NCBI GenBank assembly: GCA_964644035.1
Contig: CAZXUH010000001.1
Coordinates: forward strand, 527,720-568,144
DNA length: 40,425 nt
Origin: an uncultured Candidatus Saccharibacteria bacterium
GTDB lineage: Bacteria; Patescibacteriota; Minisyncoccia; Phycocordibacterales; DAORIS01
Reading direction: 5' to 3'
This document shows, piece after piece, positions 27,680-36,294 of this stretch. The translations under genes were made by a program, and so were the position numbers. The stretch's first letter is position 1; each line of letters begins with the position of its first letter. The notes under the pieces were generated by a model. That model was not told the origin of the DNA and did not search any database. It saw nothing but the letters and a program-made list of their open reading frames with translations.

Positions 27680-27825
27680 AAATCCTCCATGCGTTAAGGT
27701 GTGGCGAGAAAGAACTACAGATATATTATCTCATATATTTACGAAAAAAGCAAGTTTTTCCACAGGCCGCCAAATCCCCCACTCTATGTATAATGAAAGA
27801 ATAAAATATAAATAAAGAAACACAC

Positions 27826-28416
27826 ATGTTTACCGAACAAAAATTCAATATCCCTGAACTGAAAGGAATTTCTAAAAAAGCAATTGAAGAACATCTCAAG
27901 CTCTATGCTGGATATGTAAAGTTTGCCAATCTTATTTTGGAAAAAATAAATGAATACTCACAAGACAGCGAGAAGCATGCATATGCACTTGGAGAACTAC
28001 AACGACGATTTGGTTTTGAATTCGACGGTATGCGCAATCATGAATATTATTTCAAATCACTCGAAGGCGGTGCGCAAGGACTTTCGGAAAATTCAGAACT
28101 CAAAAAAGCAATCGAAAAAGAATGGGGTTCTTGGGATGCATGGATGGCACGCTTCAAAGCAATTGCAATGACACGTGGAATCGGCTGGGCTGTCCTCTAC
28201 TACGATCCTGAAATCAAACGTCTCGTCAACGCATGGGTGGATGAACAACATCTCGGACACCTGACTGGCATCAAATGGATTTTTGGCATCGATATGTGGG
28301 AGCACTCATTTCTATTTGACTACATCCCTGCTGACAAAAAGAAATACGTCGAAGCATTTCTCGAAAACGTAAACTGGAAAAATATTGAGGAGAATTTTAA
28401 GAAAGCAACAATATAA
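27826..28416 (+). CDS. Fe/Mn-family superoxide dismutase
   Basis: All four metal-ligand contexts are conserved: EEH..., GMRNHEYYF and DMWEHSFLFDY (compare D.WEHAYYLDY). Confidence 0.8.
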   Translation: MFTEQKFNIPELKGISKKAIEEHLKLYAGYVKFANLILEKINEYSQDSEKHAYALGELQRRFGFEFDGMRNHEYYFKSLEGGAQGLSENSELKKAIEKEWGSWDAWMARFKAIAMTRGIGWAVLYYDPEIKRLVNAWVDEQHLGHLTGIKWIFGIDMWEHSFLFDYIPADKKKYVEAFLENVNWKNIEENFKKATI

Positions 28417-28433
28417 GTTCCAGATCAAATCCA

Positions 28434-28478
28434 AAAAAATATCAACCGGCTGTACACATCAGCTGGTTTTTATTTTGC
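28434..28478. terminator. Bidirectional terminator between the SOD gene (+) and the ComEC channel gene (-)
   Basis: aaaaaaa-tatc-AACCGGCTG-tacacat-CAGCTGGTT-tttatttt, with one G-U pair in the stem. Confidence 0.6.
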
Positions 28479-28490
28479 GTGAAACATTTT

Positions 28491-29915
28491 CTACACTTCG
28501 AGTTTCATGCCGAGCTTTTTGTATGCGTACCACAATAACAAACAAATAATGGTGTATATCCCCACCAAGGTGAGTAGTGATATATGTACTTCGACTGCTG
28601 CAAAAGAAAGATCTGAAAAGAAATTTACGATGAAAAATATATACGACACAGCCAAGTAGCCTGGTAGTGAGATTGCTATAGAGAGAATATGAGAGAAAGC
28701 AAATAGTGCAGGCAGTGCTCCGAATAACATAGCAAAAGGAATCAGCGGCACTACAAGGACGTTACACAGCGGTGCAATGATAGAGAAATGCCCTGAGTAA
28801 TACAAAATGACCGGTGTAACCAACACTTCGGCTGACAGAGTGGTAGACAACGTTTCACGCAATGTTTCATAGCGAATGAATTTGAGAAACCTCTCTATAA
28901 TAGGCACGACGACTATCATGCTGAGAGTAGCTATAAAAGACAGCTGAAAGGATACATCAAAGAGTGGTGTATAAGGATTCCACAAGGACATAATACCCAA
29001 GGATAAAATAAGACCTCTCAAGGTATTGTTCTTTCTTCGAACAATATCGGCACAGACGGCAATAAGAGCCATAAGAGAAGCCCGTACCACTGTAGAACTA
29101 AGCCCTGTCATGATGGCAAAAGCAAGAATGAAGGCACAGACAACACTAAAGCGCACACCCCGCTTTGCTCTCTTAAGAAGCATGGTTACCGACTGAATAA
29201 CAATAGCGACATTGGTCCCCGACAAAGCCACAATATGTGACAGACCTGTTCTTCTAAACTTTTCCTTGAGTTCTTTAGAAATAGAGTCCGCACCTTCGAC
29301 TGTAATACCCATGACCAGTTCACCATGTGGCGAAGGAAAAATAATATAGATTGTTTTAAGAAAAAGCACTCTCAGCCGAAAAAGGTTGGTGACAAATATA
29401 TTTCCATGTGTTCTGCTCAAAATTTTAATATTTCTTGAGGAAATCTTATAAAATATTTTATCTTTCAGAAAATAGCCTTGTGGCACCTGCTTCAAAACGC
29501 CGACCACTTCGAGCTCATCACCATAAAAAAGCTCGCTAAAGGTCGTGGCGGTTAGTGCAATCTTGCTACCCTCCGGAGAAAGTACTTCCATTTTTGATTT
29601 TGAACCTGATCTACTTGGCAAAGTAATGACCTTGAACCTAAAGATTTTTTCTTCACCTACCAAGTGGTCGAGAGATCGATCAAATTCGAACATTTCAAAC
29701 AAAGCGATGCGGCCAAATGCCAAACATGCTGAAATGCATACAATACAGCCAATCTTCATAAAGTTTTTATTTTTTCTTGAAAATAAATTTAGAAGAGCAC
29801 ACAAAAACAAACTGCAGTAGAAAAATAAAATATTTATGAAATTTGAGAAAAAGTTTCCCACAACCAAGATCGCAACGTATGATAAGACGCCGACATGTAG
29901 TCGATATATTCCCAT
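28491..29915 (-). CDS. comEC: ComEC/Rec2 DNA-uptake channel part (DUF4131-like N-domain plus Competence domain), lacking the MBL domain
   Basis: 474-aa polytopic protein with GLSHIVALSGTNVAIV, the ComEC competence-domain signature. It ends without a beta-lactamase domain. Confidence 0.75.
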   Translation of the reverse strand: MGIYRLHVGVLSYVAILVVGNFFSNFINILFFYCSLFLCALLNLFSRKNKNFMKIGCIVCISACLAFGRIALFEMFEFDRSLDHLVGEEKIFRFKVITLPSRSGSKSKMEVLSPEGSKIALTATTFSELFYGDELEVVGVLKQVPQGYFLKDKIFYKISSRNIKILSRTHGNIFVTNLFRLRVLFLKTIYIIFPSPHGELVMGITVEGADSISKELKEKFRRTGLSHIVALSGTNVAIVIQSVTMLLKRAKRGVRFSVVCAFILAFAIMTGLSSTVVRASLMALIAVCADIVRRKNNTLRGLILSLGIMSLWNPYTPLFDVSFQLSFIATLSMIVVVPIIERFLKFIRYETLRETLSTTLSAEVLVTPVILYYSGHFSIIAPLCNVLVVPLIPFAMLFGALPALFAFSHILSIAISLPGYLAVSYIFFIVNFFSDLSFAAVEVHISLLTLVGIYTIICLLLWYAYKKLGMKLEV

Positions 29916-29978
29916 TCACTGATCATAGAAAATCAGCAGTGAATATTATTGAAAGAAAGAATAATGTTTCGCTAAAAT

Positions 29979-30701
29979 TTAGTTTTCGTATTCTTTGATA
30001 ATTTCTTCTTCCTCGTATTTTGAAATTGCTTTCTTAAATTTTGCTTTCGAGACCCCTTTGATTCGAGCTTCGCATTCACTCCACGTTTTGTGAGTCATGA
30101 TCTTGCCATCGACAAGACTGACATATGAATATGCTTTTTGTTTTGAATTGGTCTTCTTGTATTTCTTTTCTTTTGAAACTTCTACATCGGTCAAATCAAT
30201 ATCATAATCACTCGCTAATCCTGAAAAAAGTTTCTCTGGCGTCTTGTCGGCATAGGAAGTTGCGATCACATCTACCCTTTCATTGGCTGGTATGCCCGAG
30301 TGACCAGAGACTTGCATCCATTCAATATCAAATGAATTTATAAGACGAGAAATCTTTTTCCAAAGATCAGCATTCTTAACCGGTTCTTTTGTTTTTGTCT
30401 GCCAATTATTGTTTTCCCATCCAGAGAGCCATTTTGAAGCACCGTTTATAACATATGCTGAGTCGGTATATATTTTTAGATTTTTATACCCCTTCGATTC
30501 ACTATAAGAGAGAGCTTCGATCACGCCTTGCATTTCCATTCTATTGTTGGTTGTATTATTTTCTCTACCACCTAGTTCGATAAGTTTTTCTCCATCAGAA
30601 AGTATGACTCCCCATCCGCCAGGACCCGGATTACCCCTCGATGCACCATCAGTAAATATTACGATTTCTTTCATATCTATTACTATAAGTCGGATTGGCA
30701 T
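29979..30701 (-). CDS. rnhA: Ribonuclease HI with a C-terminal hybrid-binding-like (Cauli_VI-type) domain
   Basis: IFTDGASRGNPGPGGWG...NNRMEMQ...IYTDSAYV...GHSGIPANERVD. The C-terminal 50 aa, YSYVSLVDGKIMTHKTWSECEARIKGVSKAKFKKAISKYEEEE, resemble the RNase H1 HBD. An alternative start MKEIVIF lies at 30674. Confidence 0.8.
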   Translation of the reverse strand: MPIRLIVIDMKEIVIFTDGASRGNPGPGGWGVILSDGEKLIELGGRENNTTNNRMEMQGVIEALSYSESKGYKNLKIYTDSAYVINGASKWLSGWENNNWQTKTKEPVKNADLWKKISRLINSFDIEWMQVSGHSGIPANERVDVIATSYADKTPEKLFSGLASDYDIDLTDVEVSKEKKYKKTNSKQKAYSYVSLVDGKIMTHKTWSECEARIKGVSKAKFKKAISKYEEEEIIKEYEN

Positions 30702-30784
30702 ATTTGACCAACCGCCAATATTTTGTTATCCTTTTTGCATACAGTCTCGCCTCCCCGGCGGGCTTATTTTTTTAAATAACCATT

Positions 30785-31936
30785 ATGTTTGATCTAAAAA
30801 CCATCAATTCTGTCCTCAGTGAACTTGAAGAAGTCCGAGGTGTATCCAAAGATAAAGTCATCGAAGCTATCGAAGCTGCGCTCGCAACCGCATACCGCAA
30901 GGAATACGGTAAGAAAGGCCAGATCGTACGCGCCCACTTCAATCTCAACACTGGTGATGCAGAATTCTCACAGGTAAAAATCGTCGTCGATGCAGACAAA
31001 GTCGTCTACGATCCCTTTGACCTACCTGAAGCTCCAGAAGGTGTAGAACTCAAACCCGAAGAGCAGAAAATCCTTTGGAATCCAGAACAACACATTCTCC
31101 TCACCGATGCCAAAAAAATAAAGAAAGATGCAAAAATAGATGATGAAATGGTCTTCCCTCTCGAACAGAAAGCAGACTACGGACGCATTTCAGCCCAGAC
31201 AGCTAAGCAGGTCATCATCCAGAAGATCCGCGAAGCAGAAAAAGTGTCAGTATATGGCGAATATGGCAAAAAAGAAGGTGAAATCGTTATTGGCAGCGTC
31301 CAGAGAATGGAACGCGGCAATATCTATCTCGATATGGGCCGAGCATCGGGCATACTCGCATATGAAGAACAGATTCCAGGAGAACGCTACCGACAAGGAG
31401 AAAAGGTTCGCGCCTACCTCTATAGAGTAGAAGACAGTCCACGAGGAGTATTCCTTAGACTTTCACGATCACATCCGAAGTTTATTCAGAAACTATTTGA
31501 AAATGAATCTCCTGAAATCGCCAACGGTACTGTAGAAGTCAAAGCGGTTGCACGAGAAGCTGGTTCACGCAGCAAGATTGCTGTGCACTCAAAAGATTCA
31601 CACGTTGATCCTGTCGGAGCAATGGTTGGTCAGCGCGGAGTACGTGTCTCAACAGTTATGAGCGAACTCGGCGGTGAAAAAATCGATATTATAGAATGGT
31701 CAGAAGATCCTAAGAAATTTATCGAGGATGCCCTCTCTCCTGCAAAAGTAAGTTCTGTCGAACTTGTAGAAGCAGACAATAGGGCTATCGTCGACGTCAG
31801 TGATGATCAGCAATCCCTCGCTATCGGAAAAGGCGGACAAAACGTCAGACTCGCAGCCAAACTCACAGGATGGAAAATCGACATCAAAGGCGGCGAAGTA
31901 AAAGCTGAGACAAAAGAAGAGGGAGAAGCTAAATAA
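30785..31936 (+). CDS. nusA: Transcription termination/antitermination factor NusA
   Basis: 383 aa with N-domain, S1 (GEIVIGSVQRMERGNIYLDMG) and two KH domains (GQRGVRV; IGKGGQNVRLA). Confidence 0.93.
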   Translation: MFDLKTINSVLSELEEVRGVSKDKVIEAIEAALATAYRKEYGKKGQIVRAHFNLNTGDAEFSQVKIVVDADKVVYDPFDLPEAPEGVELKPEEQKILWNPEQHILLTDAKKIKKDAKIDDEMVFPLEQKADYGRISAQTAKQVIIQKIREAEKVSVYGEYGKKEGEIVIGSVQRMERGNIYLDMGRASGILAYEEQIPGERYRQGEKVRAYLYRVEDSPRGVFLRLSRSHPKFIQKLFENESPEIANGTVEVKAVAREAGSRSKIAVHSKDSHVDPVGAMVGQRGVRVSTVMSELGGEKIDIIEWSEDPKKFIEDALSPAKVSSVELVEADNRAIVDVSDDQQSLAIGKGGQNVRLAAKLTGWKIDIKGGEVKAETKEEGEAK

Positions 31937-31957
31937 TTAGTAATAAACCGTATAATT

Positions 31958-32500
31958 ATGAAAATGAATTTGTGGCACGATGTTTCTCTTGGCAAAGATG
32001 CTCCAGAGAGCTTCAATGCAATCATTGAAATCCCAAAAGGTTCAAACAATAAATACGAAATGGACAAAGAGACAGGCCTCATTGCCCTTGATCGAGCCAA
32101 TTACTCTTCAGCAGCCTATCCTTTTGACTACGGTTTTGCCCCTCAGACACTTTGGGAAGACGGCGATCCCCTTGATATCGTGGTAATCACGACCTTCCCT
32201 CTCCTTCCAGGCATATTGGTCAAGGTTCGTCCTGTTGCAGTCATGGAAATGATCGATAGCGGTGAATCTGATTTCAAAATCATTACTGTCCCTGAAGATG
32301 ATAAGCGTTTCGATGATATCAACGACCTTAAAGATCTCAATGAACACATGGTCAGAGAGTACAAGCATTTCTTCGAAACCTACAAAGCTCTCAAAGGCGA
32401 CGGTTCGACCGTACAGGTACCTGTCATTAAAGATAAAAAGGAAGCAATAGAGGCAATTAAGAAATCAATTCAGCTCTACAAAGAGAAATTTGGAAAGTAA
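31958..32500 (+). CDS. ppa: Inorganic pyrophosphatase (family I)
   Basis: IIEIPKGSNNKYEMDK...YPFDYGFAPQTLWEDGDPLDIVV...DDKRF. Confidence 0.93.
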   Translation: MKMNLWHDVSLGKDAPESFNAIIEIPKGSNNKYEMDKETGLIALDRANYSSAAYPFDYGFAPQTLWEDGDPLDIVVITTFPLLPGILVKVRPVAVMEMIDSGESDFKIITVPEDDKRFDDINDLKDLNEHMVREYKHFFETYKALKGDGSTVQVPVIKDKKEAIEAIKKSIQLYKEKFGK

Positions 32501-32528
32501 AAGCTAAAATCTAGTGTGGTGTAGGTGG

Positions 32529-32558
32529 AAAACCCGTTCAGAAATGATCGGGTTTTTT
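32529..32558 (+). terminator. Rho-independent terminator after ppa
   Basis: GAAAACCCG-ttcagaaatgat-CGGGTTTTT followed by TGC. Confidence 0.6.
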
Positions 32559-32604
32559 GCTATACTTACTTGGTTAGCAGAATTATTTAGTTATACATTT
32601 ACAC

Positions 32605-33240
32605 ATGAAAAAAAGAATATTAGCAGTAAATACAATCGCTCTTTTCTCGCTCGCACTAGCGGGAGTAGCGTTTGCCGAAAGTTCAGCGTCAGTCAAAGCC
32701 ACCACATCGGTCAAAGTCAGAACTAATGACGGAAAAGCTATAGAAGATAAGGTTATTAAACTTGAAGAACAGCACGAGAAGAGATTGAACCAAGAAGAAG
32801 CTAGGAAGGACAAGATGCAGCAAGAGATCAAGAAAAGGATTGATCGTCTCGAAACAAAAATTGGCGCTCGATTTGAAGTGTATCTTAAGCATTTGCAAAA
32901 TGCCCAGACTCGCCTCTCGACATTTATCGACAAATTGACATCTGAAGGCAAAAACACCACTGAAGCCAAGGCCAAACTCGCTATTGCAAACACAAAAATA
33001 TCCCTAGCAGTCACAGCCGTAGCAGATCTCAATACCTATGCTGACACACTCAAAACCGCTACTTCGACTCCAACAAAAGATTTCATAACAGCATTTAGAA
33101 AAAAGAGAGATGCGGCTCGCAAAGCACTCGTCGAAGCTGAAAAAGCCCTTCGAGACACTATTGCTGAAGTAAAAAAGATTGAAAAAGTAAGAATTCAGGC
33201 TACTTCAACAACAGCAGTCACAGCTAGCTCTACCAATTAA
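32605..33240 (+). CDS. Hypothetical secreted coiled-coil protein
   Basis: Signal peptide MKKRILAVNTIALFSLALAGVAFA, then a Lys/Glu/Ala-rich helical sequence. No family recognised. Confidence 0.55.
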   Translation: MKKRILAVNTIALFSLALAGVAFAESSASVKATTSVKVRTNDGKAIEDKVIKLEEQHEKRLNQEEARKDKMQQEIKKRIDRLETKIGARFEVYLKHLQNAQTRLSTFIDKLTSEGKNTTEAKAKLAIANTKISLAVTAVADLNTYADTLKTATSTPTKDFITAFRKKRDAARKALVEAEKALRDTIAEVKKIEKVRIQATSTTAVTASSTN

Positions 33241-33258
33241 TAACTAACCACATACATT

Positions 33259-33648
33259 ATGGACGGACAAAACAATCAAAATAACCCCAATATCCCAAAT
33301 AACTTCCAAGGTAATGTTCAGAGCAATATGGCAGCGCAGCCTGCTCAACAAGCACCGAGTTTCTCTTCAATGCCTCAGCAACCCGCACCTAAAAAGAGCA
33401 GCAAGGGTCTTGCTATCACTCTTATCATCATAATCATACTGGGATTGCTCGTAGCAGCTGCCCTTTATATGCGTGGTCAGTCGATTTCAGACGAACAATT
33501 GACTGCAACAACCACAAATACCAACAATTCTGAAGTAACAGCCAATGATTCAAATACTTCTGAAGATACGGAAGTAGATTCAAGCACCTCTATTGAGAGC
33601 GACCTCAATGCTCAGACCGTGAATAGTCTTGACGAAGACACGTACTAG
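33259..33648 (+). CDS. Hypothetical low-complexity single-pass membrane protein
   Basis: Asn/Gln/Pro-rich N-terminus, TM helix LAITLIIIIILGLLVAAALYM, and a Thr/Asn/Ser/Asp-rich tail. Confidence 0.5.
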   Translation: MDGQNNQNNPNIPNNFQGNVQSNMAAQPAQQAPSFSSMPQQPAPKKSSKGLAITLIIIIILGLLVAAALYMRGQSISDEQLTATTTNTNNSEVTANDSNTSEDTEVDSSTSIESDLNAQTVNSLDEDTY

Positions 33649-33671
33649 CATTATCTAGAGATTTTAGGTAA

Positions 33672-33699
33672 AAAGCGCCCAAACCACGGGCGTTTTTTA
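33672..33699 (+). terminator. Rho-independent terminator
   Basis: aaaa-AGCGCCC-aaaccac-GGGCGT-tttttat. Confidence 0.7.
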
Positions 33700-33746
33700 T
33701 TTATTTGCATAATCGCATTGTTCTGTATAGACTGTAGCTTCACTCT

Positions 33747-34811
33747 ATGAAAAAAGACTATTATAAAGATCTCAAGACGACGTCAGCACCAGATTCGGAA
33801 TTAATATTGGAAGGAGAAATACCTTTTGAAGTATTAAAAGTCGAATACGACAAAATATATAAAATCGCTAAAAACACAGTTGAAATTCCTGGTTTTCGTG
33901 CTGGAAAAGCTCCAGAACATCTCGTCAAAGCCAATCTCAATGACCTCGCACTTCTCGACAAAGCAGCAGAGGAAGTATTCAAAAGCGAATATCCAGAAAT
34001 GATCGATCACTTGAAGCTCTTCCCTATCGACAGACCTAAGATTGAAATATTGAAGCTTGCATTTGATAATCCGCTTGGATTTAAGATCACTGTGGCCATC
34101 ATGCCCAAAATAGAATTGCCCGATTATAAAAAAATAGTTGCTGCACAAAACAAAACAGCAGGTGAAGCTGAATCGACAGATGTTACAGAAAAAGATATAG
34201 ACAATGCTGTCGAAGAAGTCAGGAAAATGTGGGCTCATCAGGAATTTCATAAACACAATAAAGAACACAAGGCCAATGAATCTTTTGATCATCTTTTACC
34301 AGAGATCAATGATGAATTCGTAAAAACTCTTGGTGATTTCAAAGATGTCGCTGATCTACGATCAAAACTCAAGCACAATATCGCTCAAGAAAAGAAAACA
34401 CGTCAGACTGATAAGAAGAGGCTGGGTATTATCGAAGCATTGGTAAAAGAATTTTCTGTTGAACTACCTAAAATGCTCGTAGAAAGCGAACTCGATAAAA
34501 TGATTGCCGACCTCAACAATCGTCTCTCTTCAGCAGGCATGACTCCAACAGAGTACTACAAGCAAATTGGTAAGACCGAAGCAGACCTTCGCACTGAATG
34601 GTGGGAAGACGCTAAGAAGAGAGCTAAAACAGAAATTATACTTATAGAAATTTCTAAGAAAGAATCAATAAAACCTGAGAAAGAAACTGTTGATACTGAG
34701 ACCAAACATCTCACTGACTATTACAAAGATGCCGATGCAGATCGTGCTCGCACCTACGTCGAGCATATGCTCACCAACGAAAAAGTATTCGAATTCTTGG
34801 AGAAGCTATAG
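33747..34811 (+). CDS. tig: Trigger factor lacking the central PPIase (FKBP) domain
   Basis: N-domain with the ribosome-binding signature IPGFRAGKAP, and a C-domain (INDEFVKTLGDFKDVADLRSKL...). At 354 aa there is no FKBP-like segment between them. Confidence 0.75.
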   Translation: MKKDYYKDLKTTSAPDSELILEGEIPFEVLKVEYDKIYKIAKNTVEIPGFRAGKAPEHLVKANLNDLALLDKAAEEVFKSEYPEMIDHLKLFPIDRPKIEILKLAFDNPLGFKITVAIMPKIELPDYKKIVAAQNKTAGEAESTDVTEKDIDNAVEEVRKMWAHQEFHKHNKEHKANESFDHLLPEINDEFVKTLGDFKDVADLRSKLKHNIAQEKKTRQTDKKRLGIIEALVKEFSVELPKMLVESELDKMIADLNNRLSSAGMTPTEYYKQIGKTEADLRTEWWEDAKKRAKTEIILIEISKKESIKPEKETVDTETKHLTDYYKDADADRARTYVEHMLTNEKVFEFLEKL

Positions 34812-34874
34812 AATAAAATAACTGAAACTTTTCTGTATCTATTTTGAAAACAGATAGGAGTCTGCTTGATACTA

Positions 34875-35618
34875 TTAAGTAAATTTTGCCACAGCCGCGA
34901 TTGCGGCTGTTTCTGCACGCAATGTTTGTGCTCCGAGAGATTGAATTGATACGTTATGATGTTTGAATATTTCTATTTCACTCTCAGTCCATCCGCCTTC
35001 TGGTCCAATAAACAAAACCACATCTTGGTTACCCATTTCTTTTCCCTCCCCTTTCAAAGGGAGGATTAGGGTGGGGGTTTCACTCACATGAAACACAATT
35101 TGTTTCATATTTTTTGTTTTCTCTATTACTGATTCTAAATCACTTACTTCATATAGAGTTGGTTTCTTGCTCCAACCAGATTGCTCTGTTGCTTCTATCA
35201 AAATTTTCTCTGCCCTTTCTTCGTTGAATCCTTTTTTCTCACTTCTTTCTGAAAGAATTGGATAAAATTCTGTAACTCCCAATTCCGTACACTTCTGAAG
35301 AATTATTTCTACATTATCTTTTTTAATAAGAGAAAAACAAACTGCTATTTTCTTATTCAAAAGATTTTCTTGAGCCAAACCCTCTTTTTTATCTTTTATT
35401 GAAAAAATGATCTGCTTTTTATCGATATCGGCTATTTCGGCTATATAATCAAAACCCGAACCGTCAAAAAGAATGACTTGTTGTCCTACTTTATACCTAA
35501 ATACATGCACTAGTTGATGCATGAGGTTTTCATGAGAAGATTCACTAATAGTCACACTATCGTTACCTTCTACAAACGAAAATGAGTCTGAGGCTGTGTA
35601 AAATCGATGAATACGCAT
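34875..35618 (-). CDS. rsmE: 16S rRNA (uracil1498-N3)-methyltransferase RsmE
   Basis: MRIHRFY... N-terminus and the FIGPEGGWTESEI SPOUT motif. Confidence 0.85.
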   Translation of the reverse strand: MRIHRFYTASDSFSFVEGNDSVTISESSHENLMHQLVHVFRYKVGQQVILFDGSGFDYIAEIADIDKKQIIFSIKDKKEGLAQENLLNKKIAVCFSLIKKDNVEIILQKCTELGVTEFYPILSERSEKKGFNEERAEKILIEATEQSGWSKKPTLYEVSDLESVIEKTKNMKQIVFHVSETPTLILPLKGEGKEMGNQDVVLFIGPEGGWTESEIEIFKHHNVSIQSLGAQTLRAETAAIAAVAKFT

Positions 35619-35673
35619 AGATATAGGGTTAAAAAGGCAAGATTTGCGAGCAATTGACTTTTAATATACTATA

Positions 35674-36285
35674 ATGCCTAATTACCTTTTAAACAAATTC
35701 AAAAACATGTTAATACCAACCGTAATAGAGAAATCGCAGTTTGGCGAGAGAGCATACGACATATACTCCCGACTGCTCCGCGATCGAATCATCTTCCTCG
35801 GAGGCCCGATCGACGACAATACTGCCAATATAGTCATAGCCCAATTGCTCTTTTTAGAATCTGAAGATTCAAAAAAGGACATTGCCCTGTATATCAATTC
35901 CCCAGGCGGATCAGTGACCGCAGCTTTGGCCATGCTTGATACCATGAGCCATATCAAGCCAGACGTATCGACAATTTGCGTTGGTTTGGCAGCTTCTGCA
36001 GGGGCACTTTTGCTCTCTGCAGGTAAGAAAGGCAAGCGTTTTGCCCTTCCCAATGCCGAAATCATGATTCACCAGCCTTCAGGCGGTGCAGAAGGCCGTG
36101 CTTCAGATATCGAGATCAGCGCTAAGCAAATCATCAAAATCAGAGAAAAACTCAATAAGATTATGGCTGAAAACACAGGCAAGCCATTGTCTCAGATAGA
36201 AAAAGACGTTGAACGAGACTACTACATGAGTTCGGACGAAGCCAAAAAATACGGCATTATCGACAAAGTTCTTACAAAAATCTAA
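35674..36285 (+). CDS. clpP: ATP-dependent Clp protease proteolytic subunit
   Basis: [23 protein letters not shown]...[10 protein letters not shown]...MIHQPSGG. An alternative start MLIPTV lies at 35707. Confidence 0.95.
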   Translation: MPNYLLNKFKNMLIPTVIEKSQFGERAYDIYSRLLRDRIIFLGGPIDDNTANIVIAQLLFLESEDSKKDIALYINSPGGSVTAALAMLDTMSHIKPDVSTICVGLAASAGALLLSAGKKGKRFALPNAEIMIHQPSGGAEGRASDIEISAKQIIKIREKLNKIMAENTGKPLSQIEKDVERDYYMSSDEAKKYGIIDKVLTKI

Positions 36286-36294
36286 TTTCCCTCC

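Noticed and set aside
27479-27697. 72-aa plus-strand ORF antisense to the 74-aa GC-rich gene
   Set aside because: It has no SD or terminator in that orientation. The minus-strand ORF has GGAGG at optimal spacing and a dedicated hairpin with a U-run.
30745-30775. Terminator or attenuator-like element in the nusA leader (CGCC-tcccc-GGCG ... TTATTTTTTT)
   Set aside because: The stem is only 4 bp and the T-run is not adjacent, which is too weak to call without folding energies or conservation.
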